Positions 8,559 to 15,858 of a stretch of DNA of 57,845 bases are shown piece after piece. Numbering within the stretch: position 1 is the first letter of the stretch; every line of letters begins with the position of its first letter. Under the pieces are notes generated by a model. It had not been told where the DNA came from, ran no database searches, and was given only the letters and a program-made list of their open reading frames with translations. Position numbers and translations under genes: made by a program. Source of the stretch: a virus; the IMG/VR virus record IMGVR_UViG_3300006353_000001; one strand, given 5' to 3'.

Positions 8559-11500
8559 CGTTCTGAAGCCACACGCCACCGAAATTTTGGAGGTGGCTGA
8601 CCTGTGCGCGGCGTTGAAGGAGCGATTCCCTGAGGAATTTCCACAGACTGGTAGGCTGTACCACTACCAAGTGGCGGTGGATCACGAGATCACGCCTACC
8701 TGTGAAGGGGACGTAGATTATCTGCAATCCATCAAAGATGGACCAATTTATCTGGTGATCTATCCAGCCGGTATTGAGGTGTTCGTCTATGCCGTGATAT
8801 TCATCTTGTTGGTGGCGGTCGCGATCATGTTGCGACCACAGATTCCCAACTCGACGGCTCGTAATTCTGATACCGGATCGTCTAACAACGCATTGTCAGG
8901 GCGCTCCAACAAACCTCGTGTCAACGGTCGCATTCCTGACATCTTCGGAACTGTTCGATCGGTTCCTGATATGATCGCTCCGCCGTACTCCATCTTCGAA
9001 GACCACATCGAGATCGAGAACTGTTACATGTGCATTGGTCGAGGTGCGTACTTCCTCGAACAGATAGACGGCGTAGAGAGTGTGCGGGACGGCGACACGC
9101 TCGTGTCCAAGATCGATGGCAGTGCCATAGAGGTGTACGGCCCATACAAGTCCCCCAACTCGGGCGACGCGCCGGACTTTCAAATCGGCGACGACATCGA
9201 CCTCCTGGTAGTCACGGCGGCTCGCAGTAAGGCCGTCAATGGTCAGGTACTGCGAGCGCCCAATGAGTCTGACTCACTCAGTGATTTCACAGGCCAAGTC
9301 CGATTCAACTTCCCCAACCAGATAGAGATCGTCGCCGGTTCACAGGATTTCACCACCCTCTTCGACGTCGGTGACACCATCCAAATCTACACGTCACTGA
9401 TCGTGTTCGCCTTCGTGACTCTGGACGGGTTCTACTTCTGGGCCAACAGTCCGCCGGACAATTACCAACTGGTGAGCACTAAGTTCAAGGTCGGTGGCAT
9501 CATCGAAGTCAGTGGTGTTACGATCACTGCCGACCCAGGACCGTTCCTGGCTGTCTACCTTGCCGGAGCGGTGGACGGATCCCTCGTCTTCAACGGCCGT
9601 TACAAGGTGACAGCTTGGACCAGTAACACGCTCACTCTCGACGACCCTGAAGCTGCAGCGCCAGGTTGGGTAGGGCTAGCCGCTGATACCAGCTTTGTCA
9701 CGGTCGGACTGAAGACGATCAACAGCCCGATCAACAGTGACATCCGTGCCGAATTCACAGGTCAATACGAGGTCACTGCCGTGGCGTCGAATCTGTTGAC
9801 GTTGGATACTCCGGCGTACGTGAACGGTGCGTGGATTTGGATGGAGGGTCTGGATCTGGGTTGGGGTGATGCGGCTTTTGGAGATCCCGCGGTAGGCGGT
9901 GAGACTGTCACCATCGGTCTGAGCTCGGGCGGCGACGGGTGGGTCGGCCCGTTTGTGACGGATCAGGTCACCACGAACGAGATCATAGCCAACTTCATAT
10001 GCCAACAGGGCGCGTGGAAGGACAATGGCACGACACAGTACGCGTCTAATGTGACAGTGCAAGTCGGCGTCGCACCTTGCAACGCGGCCGGAGGATTGCT
10101 CGGTACGGAGACATTCTTCACTGCTACGGTGCTAGGCTCCGATACAGTGAAGAGTCAGCGAGCTGTCACACTCCGTACGGACGTATCCCCTGGCAGACAA
10201 TCCGTCAGAGCCCGCCGCATCACGCCGAAAGACGTGGCATTCACCGGGCAGATCTCAGACGAGGTCAAGTGGAGGGACCTGTACGCGGTGTCGCCAGTGA
10301 CGGCTGAGGACTTCGGCGACATCACGACGGTTCAGACACGCACCAGTGCGACCCAAGCTGCCGTAGCGATTTCGGAGAGGCAGATCAATCTGCTGGTAAC
10401 CCGTATGCTTCCGCAACGGATTTCTGGTTCGACGTTCGGATCACTGATCGCCACACGCAGTGCGGCCGACATCCTGTCGTTCATAGCCCTCGACCCCACC
10501 CTCGGAAACCGTACGGTCGACGAAGTGGACTTCGATAATCTGTACAACACGATTGAAGAGATCAAGGCCTACTTCACCGCGTACACCCCATCTGAGTTCT
10601 CCTACACCTTCGATAAGGACAATGTCTCATTCGAAGAGATGGTGTCGATCATCGCCGACGCAGTATTCTGCTCGGCCTACCGTCAAGATAAGTTGAAGTT
10701 GTACTTCGAGCGCGAGGTCGATGACAGTATTATGCTGTTCAACCACCGCAACAAGATCCCAAAGACTGAGAAACGGTCCATCAACTTCGGTCGAGACTAC
10801 GACGGCATCCAATATACGTACGTATCACCTGTGGATGACGCGGTGGTCACGTTCTACGTGCCTGAAGATCAGTCTGCTGTGAAGCCCCAGCCGGTGGAGA
10901 GCATCGGTGTCAGGTCTGTGAATCAGGCTTACCTGCACGCGTACCGTCTGTACAATAAACTGCTCCACCAGACTACGTCGGTCGAGATGAATGTGCTGAG
11001 TGAGGGAGACTTCGTCGCGCTGAACCAGCGCATCCTCATCGAAGACAATACGCGTGCTGATACGTACGACGGTCACGTAGTCAGTCAATCGAGTCTGACC
11101 CTTCGACTGTCCCAGAGATTCCAGTTCGACGACGATGATTATCTGATTTATCTCCAACACCAGTCAGGCGTGGTGGAAGCCATTGCCATCACTGCTGGAG
11201 TGGACGATTACCATGTCGTGTTGGACAGTGCGCCGGCTGAGGCCTTGTCTCTGGACGACGACGCACTCATCCACACCCTCTACACGATCGTCAGAGTCGA
11301 GCAAGGCTTGGCTCGAAAGGCATTCCTCCTCAAGGAGAAGACGTACCCAGACAATTTCACAGTGAAGGCCCTCGCTATCAACTACGATGCTCGGTATTAC
11401 GCCAATGATCATGACATCGAAGAAGAATTGCCGGTATCGAACGAGATACTGCGGATGGCCTTCGACGTCGAGCCACTGATAGAGTCCACTGGTAACGGGT

Positions 11501-12159
11501 GGTTGGAACCTGGCGCCGGCAACGACGAGCCCGGAACTCTGGACGGATCCCTCATAGCCAGGCCTCAACCTACCGCCTATTACTGGTCCTACACTACTGG
11601 AGATCCCCCATCGTCCAACGCCGGATTAGCCCTGCCCACACTCCAATGGACGATAGAGTTCTTCGTGGCCCGTCCAGGCGATATAGATCCAGTCGGCTCT
11701 AGCTGGGAGATTGGTTGCAGTTTCTACGCAACCACGCCGTCATACGCGTACGAAGCTTCTATGGATCTGACAGTGGGCTGGATCCACAACGACGCCACAT
11801 TCCACCCAGTGCCGTTCATCCTCTGGAACGTCACGGGGGACCTTTACCCATTCAGCACTTACGCTGACGCGCCGCTCACGTTGCAGTCCGACAAGATGAC
11901 CCACATCGCTGCGACGTTCGACAACGGCACCGTCAAGGTGTACTGCCATGGCTCGTTGGTGGCCACGTACACAGACGCCGTTGCTGTAGACGAGGCCGAC
12001 ACAGGTTCACCGTATCCGACTGACATGTTCGGCAACTACTTTTCACTGATGCAGTTCTTTGGAGACACGAACCCCGCCTATTTGGATGATGTGGTCGTGA
12101 CTCGGGGTGTGAAGTACACAGGGAGTTTCACACCTGCCACTAAAGCTATTCCCTCATAA
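8536..12159 (+). CDS. Central tail fibre / host-specificity protein: gpI-like N-terminus fused to a gpJ-like body with a C-terminal LamG/ConA-like domain
   Basis: 1207 aa. The N-terminal ~170 aa have a hydrophobic segment followed by SGRSNKPRVNGRIPDIFG (gpI-like). The body is long and J-like. The last ~190 aa (11563..12159) carry a Laminin_G_3-like pattern (TIEFFVARPG...THIAATFDNGTVKVYCHGSLV...YLDDVVVTRG). Confidence 0.7.
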   Translation: MQLVIIHDVLKPHATEILEVADLCAALKERFPEEFPQTGRLYHYQVAVDHEITPTCEGDVDYLQSIKDGPIYLVIYPAGIEVFVYAVIFILLVAVAIMLRPQIPNSTARNSDTGSSNNALSGRSNKPRVNGRIPDIFGTVRSVPDMIAPPYSIFEDHIEIENCYMCIGRGAYFLEQIDGVESVRDGDTLVSKIDGSAIEVYGPYKSPNSGDAPDFQIGDDIDLLVVTAARSKAVNGQVLRAPNESDSLSDFTGQVRFNFPNQIEIVAGSQDFTTLFDVGDTIQIYTSLIVFAFVTLDGFYFWANSPPDNYQLVSTKFKVGGIIEVSGVTITADPGPFLAVYLAGAVDGSLVFNGRYKVTAWTSNTLTLDDPEAAAPGWVGLAADTSFVTVGLKTINSPINSDIRAEFTGQYEVTAVASNLLTLDTPAYVNGAWIWMEGLDLGWGDAAFGDPAVGGETVTIGLSSGGDGWVGPFVTDQVTTNEIIANFICQQGAWKDNGTTQYASNVTVQVGVAPCNAAGGLLGTETFFTATVLGSDTVKSQRAVTLRTDVSPGRQSVRARRITPKDVAFTGQISDEVKWRDLYAVSPVTAEDFGDITTVQTRTSATQAAVAISERQINLLVTRMLPQRISGSTFGSLIATRSAADILSFIALDPTLGNRTVDEVDFDNLYNTIEEIKAYFTAYTPSEFSYTFDKDNVSFEEMVSIIADAVFCSAYRQDKLKLYFEREVDDSIMLFNHRNKIPKTEKRSINFGRDYDGIQYTYVSPVDDAVVTFYVPEDQSAVKPQPVESIGVRSVNQAYLHAYRLYNKLLHQTTSVEMNVLSEGDFVALNQRILIEDNTRADTYDGHVVSQSSLTLRLSQRFQFDDDDYLIYLQHQSGVVEAIAITAGVDDYHVVLDSAPAEALSLDDDALIHTLYTIVRVEQGLARKAFLLKEKTYPDNFTVKALAINYDARYYANDHDIEEELPVSNEILRMAFDVEPLIESTGNGWLEPGAGNDEPGTLDGSLIARPQPTAYYWSYTTGDPPSSNAGLALPTLQWTIEFFVARPGDIDPVGSSWEIGCSFYATTPSYAYEASMDLTVGWIHNDATFHPVPFILWNVTGDLYPFSTYADAPLTLQSDKMTHIAATFDNGTVKVYCHGSLVATYTDAVAVDEADTGSPYPTDMFGNYFSLMQFFGDTNPAYLDDVVVTRGVKYTGSFTPATKAIPS

Positions 12160-12173
12160 TTATCGAGGCGGCA

Positions 12174-12629
12174 ATGCAACTGACCCCACACTTCTCTCTC
12201 GAAGAATTCATTGCGACCAACCACCGCAATATCAACAATCAGTTGCCCGTAGGGCTGACCAACAACGCCCTTCTGACGTGCAACATGCTGGAACGGATTC
12301 GCGCTTACCTCGCAATGGTGGCTGGCAAGGAGATTCACCTGTTCCTGTCCAGCGGGTACCGCTGTAAGCAGTTGAACGACGCGGTGGGCAGTAAGGATAC
12401 GTCTGATCACGTCAAGGCGTTGGCGGCGGATTGGACGGCGCCTGGATTCGGTACACCGTACGAAGTCTGTAAAGCGTTGGAGCCTCAAGTCTCCAACCTC
12501 GACATCGGTCAACTGATCCACGAATACGGCCGATGGGTGCACACCGGTGCAGGCACTCCGAAGGCAGGTCCGAATCGGATCATCTCCATTTCCAACAGTG
12601 GCACTGAAATAGGGATTGTGCGCGTATGA
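12174..12629 (+). CDS. Endolysin, zinc peptidase M15 family
   Basis: 151 aa. Motifs HFSLEEF, SGYRCKQLNDAVGSKDTSDHVKALAAD and RWVH are the H-x6-D...H zinc-ligand pattern of M15 cell-wall peptidases. Confidence 0.8.
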   Translation: MQLTPHFSLEEFIATNHRNINNQLPVGLTNNALLTCNMLERIRAYLAMVAGKEIHLFLSSGYRCKQLNDAVGSKDTSDHVKALAADWTAPGFGTPYEVCKALEPQVSNLDIGQLIHEYGRWVHTGAGTPKAGPNRIISISNSGTEIGIVRV

Positions 12630-12985
12630 CCCAACTACTCATCATAGCAGCTATCTGGGCAATCAGCCTTGCCGGTGTCGGTTACCAAGCCTTCACAATG
12701 GGTCAGGACAACATCAAGGCCAAGAACGCCGACGAGTTCAGCTTGCGACAGCAGACCATCGAAGACGCCCGTGAGGGCGCGGCTCAAGCCATCGCTGGAA
12801 TTCAGATCATCCACCAGACCATTCAAGGGGAGTTGCGCCGTGAGATTCGTACGAACACTATCTACGCTGATTGCAAGCATTCCCCTGATGGGCTCCGCCT
12901 GCTCAACGATGCCCTCGAAAATCGAAAATCAGTTGGACCCAGCGGTGGTGGCAAACTGTCCGCGGCTAGTAGCCCTACAAGATAA
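12626..12985 (+). CDS. i-spanin (Rz-like)
   Basis: 119 aa. N-terminal transmembrane helix (LLIIAAIWAISLAGVGY) followed by a charged helical region. It lies immediately after the endolysin with an ATGA overlap. Confidence 0.6.
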   Translation: MTQLLIIAAIWAISLAGVGYQAFTMGQDNIKAKNADEFSLRQQTIEDAREGAAQAIAGIQIIHQTIQGELRREIRTNTIYADCKHSPDGLRLLNDALENRKSVGPSGGGKLSAASSPTR

Positions 12986-13070
12986 TACCTTCGGCGCTAC
13001 GACCGAGAAGCTCACTGAAGTATCTGAGCAGTACTACAAGTGTCGTAAGGCCGCCGGCGTAAGAGATTGA
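12840..13070 (+). CDS. Candidate o-spanin lipoprotein (Rz1-like), overlapping the end of the i-spanin gene in the +1 frame
   Basis: From GTG 12840 the +1 frame (ORF track 12669..13070) reads MRFVRTLSTLIASIPLMGSAC/STMP... This gives a basic n-region, a hydrophobic core and a lipobox-like MGSAC. The start codon is uncertain. Confidence 0.4.
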   Translation: MRFVRTLSTLIASIPLMGSACSTMPSKIENQLDPAVVANCPRLVALQDNTFGATTEKLTEVSEQYYKCRKAAGVRD

Positions 13071-13107
13071 TTTGGGTGTGTCAGCAGCGCCTGTGACCCG
13101 CAGGCTT

Positions 13108-13138
13108 GAGTGCAGAATGAAAATTCTGCACTCTTTTT
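13108..13138 (+). terminator. Rho-independent terminator ending the structural/lysis operon
   Basis: GAGTGCAGAAT-gaaa-ATTCTGCACTC followed by TTTTT. The stem is a perfect 11 bp with a GAAA tetraloop. Confidence 0.85.
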
Positions 13139-13175
13139 AACTTTCCGGACTAGTAAATGCACGCGGTGAGCGTCG

Positions 13176-13250
13176 TCCGGGACTCCGTACAATACGTCCG
13201 GGAGTCCCGGAGTAGTACAACGTATAAACACCAAGTAGACGGCTCCCGGA
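13176..13250 (+). repeat. Composite palindrome element, copy A (half-site TCCGGGA 13176; palindrome TCCGGGAGTCCCGGA 13197..13211; half-site TCCCGGA 13244..13250)
   Basis: The same three-part element with 21-nt and 46-47-nt offsets recurs at 29966, 40767 and 45139. All copies are intergenic. Confidence 0.8.
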
Positions 13251-13283
13251 AAAACTATATCTGATCAGAGCCTCGAACGTTTT

Positions 13284-13324
13284 GATCAAACTTGTGTACA
13301 CATCGTAATAAAATGTAGTACAAT
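13284..13324 (+). promoter_or_regulatory. Promoter P1 (GATCAAA 13284; -35 TGTACA 13295; -10 TACAAT 13319)
   Basis: Member of a 14-copy family: GATCAAA-N4-TGTACA-N17/18-TACAAT. 18-nt spacer. An ATG at 13330 opens a 21-codon uORF 6 nt after the -10 box. Confidence 0.65.
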
Positions 13325-13354
13325 AGAGAATGTCGTCGCTCCTCCAGACGACAA

Positions 13355-15814
13355 TTGCAGCGCCTGGGTCGGGACTTCCCAGGCGACTTGGATAAGAATC
13401 ATATGGCTGAAGACATCCTGACAGACATAATCACGGAGTTTTTTCAGGGGGGCTGGCGAGTAGCCCCATTCTTCAAGAGCCCAGATGGGTACATAGGAGT
13501 CAAGGCATGGCCTAAGAGAGCGGCTTCCAATGCGATGGAGCTTCAGGCTCTGATAGAAGAACAGAGAGGGCGGTCCCAAAAACAGTTAATTCTGGGGATA
13601 GTCCCGTCACGTGGCCACTACGTGGTCGACATCGACACCAAGAACAACCCATCAGCTCTCCAGCTGTGGAAGGATAAGGTAGTAGAGGCTTACGGCGATG
13701 TGTCGATGGCCATTCCCAACTTGGTGGTGAAGACCAAGTCCGGCGGATTCCACCTCTACTATTCAGACGGTTCGGACCGTCAACTGCACAGTCCCACGGC
13801 TGTGTTCAGTAAAGATTCGGGCATCGACATCCGTGGCTTCACAGGGATGGTGATCGCCCCGACGGCTGTCGGTTCCATGGAGGACTGGCAGCTGGGCGAG
13901 TATGTGATCGTCAAGGGTCGGCCAACCGACAAGATGACTGTTCTAGGTCTGCACAAGATCTTGGGCGAGTCGTATGATGAAGTGGACACCTTCATCAAAG
14001 TCTTGTTGTCAAACGTCAATGAGGCCTTGCGCAACGATAGTGTGAATGAGATGCAGCGGTATCAACTGCTTCCAGACGCAATGATTGTGCCATCGTCCAG
14101 TCGAGACAACACCCTCTACAGGTGTGCGCGCCTGTGTCGATTGGCGGGACTGTCCCAGACCGCAGCTATCGTGTTCATGGCCGCCGTAGCGCTCAGGTGC
14201 GAGGCCACTCCGGAGGAACCGTCCGAGCATTGGCAGAAGCTGGCCACTGACAAAGTGATGCGTGTGTACGCGTCAGAGTCGGAGATGAAGCTACAAACCA
14301 TCTCAGGTCTGTACGATGAACTCAACAACGCCGGAACAGTCCTCCTTCGCGGAGTGTCCAAATCGTATTACTATTTCAGGCACGGCTCTACAATTCTGCG
14401 GATTGAACCACGTACAAGATATTCCACGGATAACATTGGAAATGTTCTGCAAGGGGTGTCCATTTCTGGTGACGATGGTGAGATCCCAGCAAAGAAAGTC
14501 ATAGGGGCTTACAACCCCCCACAAGTGGCGTATAACGCTGCGATGTACCCGAAGGCCGGTATGCCGTACTTCGAGTACGAGGGTCTGAAGTATGTGAACA
14601 CGTACCATGACCCATTTGCGGCTTTCGAGCCCATCCCAGATCTCATGCACCGGGCCAGACCTTTCGTAGAGAAGTTCGCGGAGTTCGCCAAACACATCAC
14701 AGGTTACGAGGACGGCGACGACGCCCACTTGTTGGACAAGTTGGCATGGATCGTGCAGAAACCGTACCGGCGGTTACCCACTGGCACGATCATCTACTCC
14801 CACACACGGGGATCCGGCAAGGACGTGTTCATGTCTCTGGTACGTGAGATTGTGGGTCGGCAGTACTACATGCCCATCACGCTCAAGTCCATCGAGAGCC
14901 AGCACACACTGCTACATGACAAAATCGTGTGCGTGGCGTCTGAAGTACAGTTACAGACAAATGCCCGTGGGACTATAGCTGCGGCTAGTTTCATGGGAGC
15001 CCTCAAAGACATAATCACAGCTAAGACTGTGTACGTGGATGAGAAATTCGTACAAGCCTACAGTGCTCCAATTTTTGCAAACTTCTTTCTGCTATCTAAC
15101 TTTGAACTGTCATCCATCCTTGAGCCGGGAGATCGGCGGTTCGATGTATTCCACGCTGCTGAAGAGAAGCTCGACCAAACCAGGTTCGGTGATCTGGGCG
15201 ATATTGGCAATGACGGTATATGGGTGGAGCGATCCGACATCGACAACCTGTTCCGCAAACACGTCATATACTCCATCAGGAGAGCGTTGCTTGAGCGGAA
15301 TGTAGACAACCTCTTCGACCGCCAAGAAGCGCGGATGAACGAGGTCAAGTCCATCCTCATGGACAGTCAGAATCCGCCGGCCATCGAGTGGCTGCAGCAG
15401 AATCTACCTCCGTACTTCACAGAAGACGTGGCTATGATGGCCTGTCACTTCTGTCCGATGCACCTCCGCCCTGAGTATGTGATGAAGCAGCTCAGAGAAC
15501 ACTTCGGACCGGCTCTCAAACCCCTCTACAGGACTGGCCGAGCCATCCATCGGATGAATGGGGCTCCCAAGTTGGAGCTCAAATCAGACGGCGCTTCGTC
15601 AATACCCATCCTAGATTTCGACATACGTGGCACTGACAATAAGAAGGCTGTGTACTTCTTCAGCAGCGGTGTGCGGGACGCGTGTCCGACAGACAGCGCT
15701 CTCAAAGCCATGCTCCGTACGTGGTATGGATCTATGATTCAGCGATACTATGGTAACGTAACCGCGTTGCCTGGTAAGAAGCCAGATGGTCCGGCGGAGG
15801 ACATCCTGCCCTGA
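13355..15814 (+). CDS. Bifunctional primase-polymerase (Prim-Pol) / SF3 (D5-type) helicase
   Basis: ORF track starts at TTG 13355; ATG 13403 (MAEDILTD) is an alternative. Prim-Pol motifs VVDIDTKNN...VKTKSGGFHLYY. The C-terminal half has a P-loop, YSHTRGSGKDVF. Confidence 0.85.
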   Translation: MQRLGRDFPGDLDKNHMAEDILTDIITEFFQGGWRVAPFFKSPDGYIGVKAWPKRAASNAMELQALIEEQRGRSQKQLILGIVPSRGHYVVDIDTKNNPSALQLWKDKVVEAYGDVSMAIPNLVVKTKSGGFHLYYSDGSDRQLHSPTAVFSKDSGIDIRGFTGMVIAPTAVGSMEDWQLGEYVIVKGRPTDKMTVLGLHKILGESYDEVDTFIKVLLSNVNEALRNDSVNEMQRYQLLPDAMIVPSSSRDNTLYRCARLCRLAGLSQTAAIVFMAAVALRCEATPEEPSEHWQKLATDKVMRVYASESEMKLQTISGLYDELNNAGTVLLRGVSKSYYYFRHGSTILRIEPRTRYSTDNIGNVLQGVSISGDDGEIPAKKVIGAYNPPQVAYNAAMYPKAGMPYFEYEGLKYVNTYHDPFAAFEPIPDLMHRARPFVEKFAEFAKHITGYEDGDDAHLLDKLAWIVQKPYRRLPTGTIIYSHTRGSGKDVFMSLVREIVGRQYYMPITLKSIESQHTLLHDKIVCVASEVQLQTNARGTIAAASFMGALKDIITAKTVYVDEKFVQAYSAPIFANFFLLSNFELSSILEPGDRRFDVFHAAEEKLDQTRFGDLGDIGNDGIWVERSDIDNLFRKHVIYSIRRALLERNVDNLFDRQEARMNEVKSILMDSQNPPAIEWLQQNLPPYFTEDVAMMACHFCPMHLRPEYVMKQLREHFGPALKPLYRTGRAIHRMNGAPKLELKSDGASSIPILDFDIRGTDNKKAVYFFSSGVRDACPTDSALKAMLRTWYGSMIQRYYGNVTALPGKKPDGPAEDILP

Positions 15815-15852
15815 TCAAAGGCGTGTACACCTCGATCAAAACATAGTAAAAT
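15813..15852 (+). promoter_or_regulatory. Promoter P2 (GATCAAA 15813; -35 TGTACA 15824; -10 TAAAAT 15847) for a probably leaderless DNA polymerase mRNA
   Basis: 17-nt spacer. The polymerase ATG (15859) lies 7 nt after the -10 hexamer, and no Shine-Dalgarno sequence is present. Confidence 0.6.
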
Positions 15853-15858
15853 TGACTT

